DNA of 64,000 nucleotides from Octopus vulgaris (Eukaryota): NCBI GenBank assembly GCA_951406725.2, contig OX597837.1, positions 1,922,001 to 1,986,000 of the forward strand, read 5' to 3'. Shown piece by piece: positions 41,406 to 52,700 of this stretch (position 1 is its first letter; each line of letters starts with the position of its first letter). The notes under the pieces were generated by a model. It saw only the letters and a program-made list of their open reading frames with translations, ran no database searches and was not told where the DNA came from. The position numbers and the translations under genes were made by a program.

Positions 41406-41634
41406 ATGTGTGTGACGCTGAACAGCCTCGAGAACTACATTAAGGGTACTAGTGTCTGTGAAGTACTCAACCACATGCACGTTCATTTCACGAGAAGGCT
41501 GTTCCGTCGATCGGATCAACTAGAATACTCGACGTCGTAACCTACGGAGTACCGGTAGTTGTGTGGGTCTGTGTGTGTGTGCGTGCGTGCATGTACGCGC
41601 GCGCGCGCGTGTGTTTATCCACACACACGCATAC

Positions 41635-41734
41635 TGATGCCACGTGCTTCTGCCAATATCCAGAAACACACCATCACAAATATGGGGATGTGGTTTAGAT
41701 CCAGGCAACTATATTGAGATTGCCGGCGTTTCAT
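41635..41734 (-). CDS. Candidate secreted-protein gene, signal-peptide exon (whole exon 41635-41832)
   Basis: On the - strand: acceptor gcgttttatag before 41832, ATG at 41734, donor ATCA|gtatgc (phase 1). Encodes MKRRQSQYSCLDLNHIPIFVMVCFWILAEARGI: basic N-region, hydrophobic core, A-x-G cleavage-like motif. The same frame is also open upstream of the ATG. Confidence 0.5.
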
Positions 41735-43112
41735 GCCTGAAACCTTCAAGAGAAGATGCGTATATGGTTCGATCCGAGATAAGAGAAACGACAATGGCCC
41801 AAGACTCCACACAGCAGGAGCGAACCAAATCGCTATAAAACGCAAGCATACACACTTTCATATGTATTATTTTAATTATATGTATGCATGTATGTATATA
41901 TGTATTTTATCTATGTCTGTATACATATCTGTGTGCATATATATATATTATGTGTGTATGCGTTTCACTTTATTCTTATTTTGACAAAATTGACGACATT
42001 TTATATGGTTATTATTTTATGTGAACTGAAGTGCAGTATTATATTTTGGGATATGATTCTACAAAATAATTATCTTAGATTTGTAATTCATCTATATACA
42101 TATATATATACACACACGCACACACATTTATCTACACACACACACACACACGCAGACAGACATAGGCAGTAAAACGAAAATTAATCAGCTACTTCGAGAC
42201 GGCGCCACCAGTCTGGTTTGACTTTCATTCTGGTTTTCATCTTCGTTTGTCGTTTTTTTTTAATATTATTTTCTGTAATTTCTTTCTTTTTCTGTGTGTT
42301 TCTCGTTCGTTTTGGTTTCGTTATTTCTTCCTTCGTTAATCCTGTTCGCTACTTTAGTTTGCCTTCATTAAAAGCCATTGGCTGGTCGAGAAAAATATTT
42401 CTTGTGCAATAAACTAGAACTTACAACACAACAGATTAGTTACTAGTCGTAAGTTCTGTCAAGTGCCTGCTTCAAAGTTTGCCATTTTTATGTCTTCATA
42501 AAATGTCAATTTTTTAAGGAAAACTAAGAAATATAGAAGACGCTGTTTCAAACTAAGATATGTTTTGGGGTAGATCCAAGACAGCCGATGCGGTTAACGT
42601 GCTTGTTGTATGATTCATTCAAGACAAGCAGGATGGCCAATTACATTTAGGAAATAGCAGAAAGTAAGGTGTAGAATTGCATGTGTGAAGCGCCCTCGTC
42701 CTATATTATGGCCTAAACGTAACACCAGGTCCCAATTTTCGCCAGGTGGCACTGTGGCGTATGAACTTTGGATTCTGGAAGAAGACGGACACGTTCCACC
42801 GATCAAGGAATCCATTTCTTGTCAGCACATTCTGTGGACGATTCTCTATGTCGTGGCCGATGGCAAACTAATTTCATCTTCGGCTGCCTCACTTGCCGAT
42901 TCCCTGTCTGTAAGTATAGGCGCTATTTAAAGAAACCTGTCTTTCTCAATTCCTTCATGAGCCAGCAGTCTTAGGTCAACCGAGACTGAACAATTATCAA
43001 TGACTTGTAGGTACGTGGGGTTTCGTTATGCTACCAATAATATTCTATAAAGTATATTAAATGTTTTATGAGTCAGTACCGTGTTCTGCTGTGTTAGCAG
43101 CGATACTACATA

Positions 43113-43471
43113 ATTTGTTAAGGTTATCTTTGATTTTCTATAGAAATTTTGGCCAGCACTTGTTTTTGTTGCGACGTTTCGTGTATGAATTGTCAGATGT
43201 AAACAAACAATGAGATTGAAAATGAAAAATTGGATGATGGGCGTACATGCCACATTTCGCTGGGTTTTGCCCTTCCGTCAGCACCCAACTAATCCATTAA
43301 TCATCCTCGAATACATTGTTTAAATAGCCATACATTTGCGCCCATTATCCATTTTTCGTTTTCGACCTCATTGTTTGTTTACATCTGACCTTCCGTATAC
43401 GAAAAGTAATAACAAAAATCAGTCGTGACTATAACTTCTACAGAATATCCGTAGAGATATCTTTAACAAAT
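43113..43471. mobile_element. MITE with ~140-bp imperfect terminal inverted repeats
   Basis: Perfect 23-bp inverted core gtcagatgtaaacaaacaatgag (43192-43214) / ctcattgtttgtttacatctgac (43367-43389); similarity extends out to atttgttaa / ttaacaaat. Confidence 0.75.
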
Positions 43472-44618
43472 ATAGAATAATTATTCTCTAGAATGTGGTC
43501 AACCGTTCGTTGTTTGCCAAGAACTCACTAATATAACTAGAAAGACTTTGAAATTAGATTTTGTGGACGATTATGTAAATGCCTAACTATCTTCGAGACA
43601 AACTGTGGTCATTGGTGGAAATCAACTGGCTGATCCGTTCACGAAGATATTTCCTCCGAGAATTACAAATACCCTCCAGTAAACCATAACAGGAAATGTT
43701 ATCGATTAGACACATTCTACAATCATGGAATGCCATTGTCTCGGCCTGAATCTGATGCGTACCAAGCGAAGAAAAGGTCCTCCATGTGATTGTTTATTGT
43801 CCCTTAATTCCTGACTCCAGTGGTTATATGAAATGTTATTGTGTGGAATAGGGATCCGGTTGGTCATTGTATTCGTCCTGCATGTAACAACACTTGGTTA
43901 CGATGTTGCTTTCCTATGTCTGGTGTGTAAGGCCAATGAGGTGTGTTCGTGTTAAGGAAAGAGTAGAGATATTTTCCTCTTTGGTAAAGTTATAGGTGGC
44001 TTCGTCAATTTCAACTTGGAAAGAAGGTAAGGGTGGGAGAGAGGTAGACCTTCAGTAGAATTATCGAAAGTTGGGCGAAAGAAAAGAAAATTAGGGGAAA
44101 GAAAGGGCAAAAAAACAGAGAGCAATGGGGGATGGGTGAGATAGCGTGAGAGTGAGCGAGAGAGTTGAGCGAGAGCGAGGGAGTGAGTATGCAATGACGG
44201 AGGAGGTTGAGAGCGCAAGGTGTCGCAATATAACCGAACGGCTTAGACGTTCGTAACTAATTCATTTGATAGTGACATCGATTACCAATGCTAACAATTC
44301 GCAGAAATCGTCACCAACAGCTCCACCAATCAGAACGTTACATTTTTTTGACAGGAAACAACAACAACAACAGAAGAAGAATTCATAATGATTTGACAGT
44401 AATTAACATCATCAAAACGAATTCTGAAGAGTCTGGAAGAACATTGGAATTTAGACGTGGATAATGGCATTTCAATAGGATTTTGTGATTGTGTCAGTCG
44501 CAATTTTATAGGACTCCTTTGGAAAGAATTTGAGAGTTGAAGGGGTGGGAAGACATGCCACTAAATCTTTAGACGCACATCGAGATGACATTATCAACGG
44601 GGAACGACTTGAAAATGG

Positions 44619-44706
<88 letters not shown>

Positions 44707-44737
44707 TAATAATAATAAGAAGAATGATAATAATAAT
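44619..44737. repeat. (AAT)n microsatellite
   Basis: Direct reading. Confidence 0.95.
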
Positions 44738-45211
44738 GAGGAGGAGGAGGATAATTTGTAAAGAAAAAAATAATGATGACAAGGAATTTTTTTAATATAA
44801 CATTCATGATTTCTAGAATTTTTCTTTTATTGGCAGAAGGAAAGCCAAAGTAAAAGAAAAAAAGTTTTAAAATATCTGCAAAAATACAGAAAAATAATTG
44901 TAATGTTAAGTGAAAAGTTTCATTTGCTTCGGGGGTTCGATCCCAATGCATGGTGTCCCGAGCAAGTGTTCTGTAACGCAACCCTAGAATGGTTGCCTTG
45001 TGAGGAAAAATAGTTGGCACAAACAGAATGGAAAGCCATCGACAGAGGTGTGTGTATGTGTATATACTTTGTTACAAGAATTTAAAATCTTTGGGAGAAC
45101 GAAAAATAATTCGTTTTATTTTAACGGTTGAACTCGAAGTAGATAATACCTTTAATATTTCCTATCCCAAGGATTTTTTTAAAAAAGAAACCAAATTTAT
45201 ACACTATAAGT

Positions 45212-45470
45212 CGGTGAGCTGGCAGAATCATTAGCAAAATCATTAGCAGAATCATTAGCAGAATCATTAGCATTCTGGCAAAATGCTTACCGGCATTTCA
45301 TCTATCTTTATTGCTGTGAATTCAGATTCCACCGACTGGGGGAGGGGGGTCTTTGCTTCTCATCCTTTCGGAGATGATAAAATAAGTACCAGTTGAGCAC
45401 AGAGGTCGATGTAATCGACTTATCACCAATTGCGAAGTTGCTGGCCTTGTATCAAAATTTGAAACCAATA
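45212..45470 (+). mobile_element. SINE A with a 4x 12-bp tandem expansion (gcagaatcatta) in its head
   Basis: ggtgagctggcagaatcattagcaaaatcattagcagaatcattagcagaatcattagca followed by the standard body. Confidence 0.75.
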
Positions 45471-45849
45471 TTTACACTATTATAAGAATATCCTCTTGGA
45501 CTTCGACCGTTGAATGAAGATATATATATATATACACATACATATATATATACACATATATATATATATATTATACGTGTATATAACGTGTGTACCAAGC
45601 TTTTGTAAGATTTCTGTCTAGCGTGCATGCCTGAGGAAAGTAGCTATAGAAGACCAGGAGCCGGTCATGATGCGAGTCCCATAACTCTTCTCTATGAAAC
45701 CAATGTTCTCTAAGAAAAAATGTAAGAGCCTCTTCATCTCGATAACAGTCGCATCACGGGCCAAATCAGTACGTAAAAAGCTGAAACATGTTTTTAAACA
45801 CTGACAAAATTTGTATCAAGTCAAAACTTCTCGGCTCCAGAAGAAAGAG

Positions 45850-47030
45850 AGAAGATATTGGCATCGGTAAGATTTGAATTCAGAGCGTAAGGTCAATAAA
45901 AAAAAGTGGACTCAATGCATTTTCTAATGGAATTATAATTCTTTCAAATTTTGACGCAAATTTTAGGTAGAAGGAAGTTTTTGCAAGAGCCTCTTCATCT
46001 CGATAACAGTCGCATCACGTACCAAATTAGTACGTAAAAAGCTATCGATTTGGAAAGGAAGAATGCTAAAGATGACCTCGTAAGAATTCGAACTCAGAAC
46101 GTAAAGAGCCGGTTAGTAATGAGCTACGCATTTCTTCCGATACGATAACAATTCTACCAGCACGCTGTTATAAAAGTGATTGTTTAGGCATAAAGCCTAA
46201 AATTGCAGATGGAATGGATGAGTTAATTACATCGACCCCAGGTTCCGACCCCAGAAAAATGAAAAGCAAAGTTGACATCGGCAGTATTTGAACACTTAAA
46301 ACGTAAAAACGGGAAAAGTTCTGCAAAGAATCTTGTCCTCTTTGCTAATGACTCTGTAAGCTCGCTTGGAATTTTGGGAAGGAGAGGTTAGTCGAAATGG
46401 TACATTGCGACCCCGAAAGGAAGAAAGGCAAAGTTACCCGCAACAGCATTCTGTAAAGCCGGAACAAATGTTCACAAAGTATTTCGTCCGGCATTGTAGT
46501 AATTCTGCCAGCTCACGACCTTAGTGATAATAATTATTATTCTAATTTCGGTTCAAGGCCATTAATATTAAGCGGAGGACGAATTCGATTGCATCCACCC
46601 TAATATTTATCTGATACTTATATCAACAACCCCGAAAAAATGGGATTCCAGTAATAACAACAACAATAATCCTTTATACTGCAAGCAAAAGGCCTCAAAT
46701 TTGGGGGAAGGGATTAAGTCGATTATATCGACTCCGAAATGATGAAAGGCAAAGTCGACCTCGGCGGAATTTGAACTCAGAACGTAAAGACGGATGAAAT
46801 ACCTGTTTCTTTACTACTCACAAGGAGCTAAACACAGAGAGGACAAACAAGGACATAAAAGCGGATTAAGTCGATTATATCGACCCCAGTGCGTAACTGG
46901 TACTTATTTAATCGACCCCGAAAGGATGAAAGGCAAAGTCCACCTCGGCGGAATTTGAATTCAGAACGTAGCGGCAGACGAAATACCGCTAAGCATTTCG
47001 CACGGCTAACGATTTTGTCAGCTCGCCACC
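45850..47030 (-). mobile_element. Head-to-tail cluster of minus-strand SINE A copies ending in a well-conserved dimeric copy (46682-47030)
   Basis: Repeated aaaggcaaagtcgacctcggcggaatttgaactcagaacgta-like motifs at ~45870, 46080, 46265, 46425, 46745 and 46930. Confidence 0.75.
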
Positions 47031-47062
47031 TTAATAATAATAATAATAATAACAACAACAAT

Positions 47063-47096
<34 letters not shown>

Positions 47097-47104
47097 CCAA
47101 CAAC

Positions 47105-47172
<68 letters not shown>

Positions 47173-47299
47173 AGATAATAAATGGGGAAGCAACATAACC
47201 AAGGATTGAGAGGAATTCTTTGAGGTTTGAATATTGGTTTGAATATTTGTACCCCTGTATCGCTTTAATGGCACCCGCTGTTCTCTCAATAATAATAAT

Positions 47300-47870
47300 A
47301 AGAGCATTCAGAGAGCGCAAACTTCCGCCAAGGCAACACCAACGTCCTCTCAACGATTAACCAGAGATTATTTTTAAAATGCATAATTCGACCTCAATTC
47401 ATGAGGATATCGGATCTCCCTTTCTGGCCCATATGGCCCAACGTAAGGCTCCGAAATTACGTTTTATATGACGACGACACAGCAAACACCGAACCCCTTT
47501 CAATCGATCCCCTGAAACCACCAGCAAACGACCACCACCACCACCACCATCAGCAGACGACCATCACCACCACCACCACCACCAGATGTTCTTCACCCTT
47601 ACCCCATTGGAAGCATTTTCATTGATTGAAGTTGTAATTTCACCCTCAACATTGACCTCGCCAATTCCCAATTGGCTGCAATATTTACATAATCCACCTT
47701 CCTGTCTTTAATCAAATATTACCAAAAATGAATTCTTCTTCTTAGGTGACCTTATGACCTCTCAACTAATTTCACTTCTAACCTCTCCACATTATCAACA
47801 TGTCTCAATCAAAAATTGCTCGACGTTCTCGCTTCAATAATTATGTCAGTCGATTAAAAGAGAAAACAGA
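47300..47870. mobile_element. Second HINE-like copy (shared end, divergent interior)
   Basis: agagcattcagagagcgcaaacttccgccaaggcaacaccaac...aaccagagattatttttaaaatg is near-identical to 60176-60255; the right boundary is uncertain. Confidence 0.55.
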
Positions 47871-48019
47871 GATGTTATATTTACTTCTAAGTTGTATTCT
47901 TCTTTACTGTTTTACTTTTCCGAGAATTCCATACACGATATGAAAGATGGAGAATGTATTAGATATTGTATAACATGTTCTTATTCTATAAAACAAACTA
48001 TGTATTATATAAAATACGT

Positions 48020-48330
48020 AGGAGAAATGGCTGCGGGGTAAGAAGTTTAATTCCCAATAACATGGTCCCAGGTCCAGTTTCACTTCGTGGCACCTTGGCA
48101 GTGTGTCTTCTATTACGAGCACATGTCGACCAAAGCGTTGTGAGCGGATTTGGTAGACGGAAACTGAAAGAAGCCCATCGTCTGTGTGTGACCACCGCTT
48201 TGCAACTGATGTCGGTGTGTTTACATCCTCATAACTTAGCAATTCGACAAAAGAGATCCCATACAGTAAATACCAGGTTTACTGGAATAATGTTTGTCTC
48301 TCAAATCCTCTTTCATGGGGCCGAAGAGAT
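48020..48330 (+). mobile_element. SINE family B
   Basis: catggtcccaggtccagtttcacttcgtggcaccttggc...gagcggatttggtagacggaaactgaaagaagccc. Confidence 0.75.
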
Positions 48331-48336
48331 GATAAT

Positions 48337-48587
48337 CCAGTGACGCGGAAGTGAAAACTGTAGTGAAGAAGTGGCTCAAAGAATAGCCAACAGAATTTTA
48401 CGGGGCAGGGATACATGCTCTCATTCGAAGGTGGAACGTTGCTATTGAGAGAAACGATGACTATGTTGAGAAGTAGAGATGTGATCCACAGAGGACCAGC
48501 TTCCTTTTGATGTATGATACATGTTCCTGTGTTGGTAATTATACCTGTCCTAAACAAAATGGCATCACTTCTTGATTCACCCTCGTA
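48337..48587 (+). mobile_element. Mariner transposon 3' fragment
   Basis: SDAEVKTVVKKWLKE*PTEFYGAGIHALIRRWNVAIERNDDYVEK* is a mariner transposase C-terminus; ends in TIR-like ...gattcaccctcg plus TA. Confidence 0.85.
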
Positions 48588-48719
48588 TATAGATAGATAT
48601 GTAGTGATAATATAACATTTATATATTTTCTGAAGTTCTTTTGTGTGCAAACGACACCTCTGTTTTCGGTTACTATGTTCTACAGGCAGGGGGAGTGGTA
48701 ATAATAATAATAATAATAA

Positions 48720-48917
48720 TCCTGGAATTTGGTGGTGGTGGGAGAGAGCTAGTCGATAACATCGATTCCAGTGCGTAACTGGTACTTATTTAATCGACCC
48801 CAAAAGTATGAAAAGCAAAGTTGTTCTCAGCGGATTTTGTACTCAGAACGTAAAGACGGAAGAAATGCTGCTACACATTTCGTCGGGCAAGCTATCAATT
48901 CTGCCTACGCGCCGCCT
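48720..48917 (-). mobile_element. SINE family A
   Basis: gtaactggtacttatttaatcgacccc...ctcagaacgtaaagacgg...gccgcctt. Confidence 0.75.
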
Positions 48918-48965
48918 TAATAATATATATATATATATATATGTACACACACACACACACACACA

Positions 48966-49780
48966 CAGGGTGCAGTGAGTATATTATTGTATAAATTACA
49001 CAAAAATGAAAATAATACTGACATCTCATTTTAGCCGATCTTGAAATATTAGAGAGTAAATTTATTCAATAAAATAGCCATTCGCTTTAAATAAGATCTC
49101 CAGATTTCGAAAGCTTTTGCAACTCTTCTGGACGGTCTCCTTGTTTAAGTTGGTGGATGTTGCCATAATCCTTGCCTTCAGTTGATCTTTGGTGTTACAA
49201 GAAGTTTTGTTGGTCTCTCGCACAAATGCGCCTCACATGTATTAATGAAGCGGGTTGCAGTCTGGGGAGTTAGGTGGCCAGATGTTAGGGGTGATGTTGT
49301 AGCAAAAATTGTCTGACAGCAATGACTCGGTTTTCTTGCTTGTGTGGCAAGGTGCAGCATCATGTTGCCAGACACAGGATCTTCCAGCAGCCACCCTCAT
49401 CACCCAGGACAACACCACCTCATTCAGGCACTTGATGTAAGCCTTTGTGTTGTGTCTGAGGCTGTCTTGTAAGATGAATGGAGGCACAACGTTGCCATCA
49501 CTAGTGATCATTCCAAACATCAAGATGTTGACTGGTGGTCCTCAGATTGATGACCAACACACTGAAATGTTGGCACTGGTGTTTCCGGCGCGAATCTCAA
49601 ACACTACAGCATGTCGTTTCCAAATTTCTGGCAGAGTGAATCGCACCTCATTGGTGTTTTTCTATCAGACGGTGCTCAATGGATCCTACTATACTGTGTA
49701 GTCGACAAAATCAAAACCAAAGAATGCGCATGCATGAAATGGAAAATATAAAATTACGAAAATTTACCCATCGCATCCTG
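48966..49780 (-). mobile_element. Internally deleted maT (DD37D) Tc1/mariner transposon
   Basis: Imperfect TIRs cagggtgcagtgagta / tacccatcgcatcctg+TA. Minus-strand WQHDAAPCHTS...WPPNSPDCNPL(H) has 37 residues between the second D and the expected third D position (here H). Confidence 0.85.
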
Positions 49781-50814
49781 TATATGCGCGCGCGCACGTG
49801 TGTGTGTTTGCGTGTGTGTGTGCGTGTGTGTATGTGAGACTATAGTAAAGGGCTGATAAGCCGAGTCGTTAGAATGTCAGATAGAATGCTTTCGATATTC
49901 GTTCGGGGTTTCGAATCTCGTTGAGGTCAGCATTGCATTCCATTTGGGGGAAATCGATAAATAAAGTAACAGCCGGATAATGATTCTCCACTCCCTTTTT
50001 CTGTGCCTATGTGTATGTGTGTCTCTCTATCCCTTTAACCCACCTCTCTCTCTCTCTAAGTCATCGGTCGTATTTAGACCTTGAATTGGATTTGTCCCGT
50101 TAATACCCCCAACGCACGTAGCATCTCACAACGGCAGACGTAAGACTCCGTCAAGAGTCAAGGGTCTCATGAAAAAAACAACATAACGCCGCCCCACCAC
50201 CCCACCACCCCATAATAATATAATAGTAAAACGTACAACTACAACATAAACACAAAACACCGAAAATTTGGTATTGAGAACCTACAATGTATTACATCAA
50301 CTTCTATCTTTTCTATTATCGATTACATCATCATCATCAGTAACTTTATGATATCGATCCTGACAGCGAAGCCATGTGAAAGGAGACCTCTGTTGTATTT
50401 TAAACTCCGAACGAAAATACTAAATTAAGAATTAATAATGCAACAAGGAATTGCTTTCATCATCATCATCGTCATCACCACTATCACAATCATCATGGTG
50501 GTCATCTAATTAATTTCACAAATTAAGAAAAGCTATTAAAGTGACATAAATGTTTGGGATATAAAGAAAACAGTTTATTGAGAGCCATTATGGCATCCCT
50601 GTTTAACTGTCGTTATAAACACATATAAAAATGCATTAAATGGGGACAGTAACAGCTGTTAATACGTTTTATGTGTGTTAATGTGTTTGTAACTAGACCG
50701 CCAATCTACGATGCGTTCAATAGTCGCTCTAAATGCTAGAAGTAGCATCTAAATCTTTCTCAACTCACACCACCAAATCTCTTAATTTAAAAACGTAAGA
50801 ACTTTGTTCTAAAT

Positions 50815-51105
50815 ATCACGATGTTGACAAGATTATCGGATGTTGTTATACCGCGTTGGGCACGATGCATTTCGTATTTTTTTAAACCTTCGAATGGTGC
50901 CATCCCACTGGTTAGGCGAGTAGGCCAACATTCCTTCTTGATCGGAAGTCTAGTCAGTCGCAGAGTGCACCCGTTTACAGCTGAGTGAACTGGAACAAAG
51001 GGAAATGACATGTTTAGCCCAAGGACACACCGCGTCACCCAGTCTGGGAACTGAACCTACGATCTAGCGATCATAACTGCCGTACCTAACCACTAGGCCA
51101 GGGGC
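50815..51105 (-). mobile_element. tRNA-derived SINE family C
   Basis: Ends in ...ctaaccactaggcca (reverse complement of tggcctagtggttag); the tail is homologous to 6620-6695. Confidence 0.7.
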
Positions 51106-51734
51106 CCTCAGCCCTAAATATAATCAAATAAAATGGGAAGATCAAGACTGGAATGCTTGTGATAATGTACTTTCTCAATAAATGTTAACCTGGGGTTAAA
51201 TAACGAGAAGTCCAGCATAAAAAAAAACATAACATCTATGTTGTTGATTAGGTATCCAAATAGATGCTAACCAATTAAAGTTCACCACAGAATAAAGGGT
51301 GACAAAATCTGGTAAAAACACCAAATAATAACAACCTGCAAATTTAAGTTTGAATTGATAAAAAATAGAATGTGCAGAGAGACTATGCAGAGTGAAGTTG
51401 ATCTCTGATGAGGAGGAGGTAACTCTGAAGAAGTTTCGGTTGTATGAGTTCTCATCGCAAAACATCTTATTGAAATGATGAGAGCTAAAGTAAATAAGAT
51501 CGCACTATCGCGTTTCCGTTGATCTAGATGATGAGCCTCCAGTTAAAGGAAAGAACATTTTTGAACCGTTGAGATGTAATCGGCAAATCCAGCAGAGAAA
51601 ATACTTTATTGGAGCGACAGAATATGCACCTTCCCGCCGCCTGGATCAACCTATGGATAATGTAGGTGCCTTGGAGAACTAGCTCAGTATCCGAGACAAT
51701 AAAATACGGGCAAGACAATTGTGAAGGATGAATA

Positions 51735-52095
51735 GCTGTGGTGTTATGAGGATTGCTTTGCAGCCACGCGGTTTTCGATTCTGTCCAACTGCGCGACACG
51801 TTAAGCAAGTATTTTCTACTATGGTCCCGGGTAGGCCCATTCCTTGTGAGTGAATCTGGTAGACGCAGACTGTGTGGAAGCCCAAAACACACACATATCA
51901 GTGTGTGTTTGTGTGTGTCCTGCATCACTTAACAAGAGGTGTTTGTTTGTCTACGCTCTAGTAACTTAGCAGATCAGTGAGATACGGCGACAGAATAAGT
52001 GCTAGACTTTAGAAAAGTACGGTTAAGTATTGAGGTCGACTTGTTCTACTAAACCTTTCGAGATAGTGCTGTAGATGGCCACAGTCCAATAGTAA
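51735..52095 (+). mobile_element. SINE family B (degenerate)
   Basis: gcaagtattttctactatggtcccggg...ttgtgagtgaatctggtagacg...gtaacttagc...gaataagtgctagac. Confidence 0.6.
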
Positions 52096-52513
52096 AATAT
52101 ACGGAAAAATGGGAACAAGACCCTTCAGAAAGTTGCTACTAATCGAGGCATAATAAGCTGCCACTTTAACCAGGAAGACACACACGAAAGTAGCCGAGTA
52201 TTCCACATATATATACTTAATGTAATTTTCAGATGGAATCTTTGATTTATACACACAATCTAGAATGAAAGAGAAGAAACGATTCTAGCATTTTAATGGT
52301 TATTTGTCATGTGTGAAAGGATGAAGGGGCCAAATTGGAACAGGTGGGATTTGGACTTAGAATCGTCGTAAAGGATACAACACGAGGCTTTCTAGCAGGA
52401 TTCTGTTATGTTTCTACCAAATCATTGTTTTCAGCAGCGTTTAGAGTTTTAGTGAGAATCCTGTTGTCATTAGAGTTTTTTAAATGCCAATATATAGACA
52501 AATCTAAGACGGT

Positions 52514-52700
52514 AAGGTGGCAGAATCGTTAATACGCCGCGCCAAATGCTTAGCGACATTTCGTGCGTTTTTGCGTTCTGAGTTCAAATTCTACTGAGGT
52601 CGATTTGCTTTTCCTCGTTTCGGAGTCGATAAATTAAGCACCAGCCAAGCACTGGGGACGAGGTAATCGACTCTGGCCTTGGCTCAAAGTTTGAAGCCAT
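52514..52700 (+). mobile_element. SINE family A
   Basis: ggtggcagaatcgtt...gttctgagttcaaattctactgaggtcgatttg. Confidence 0.75.
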
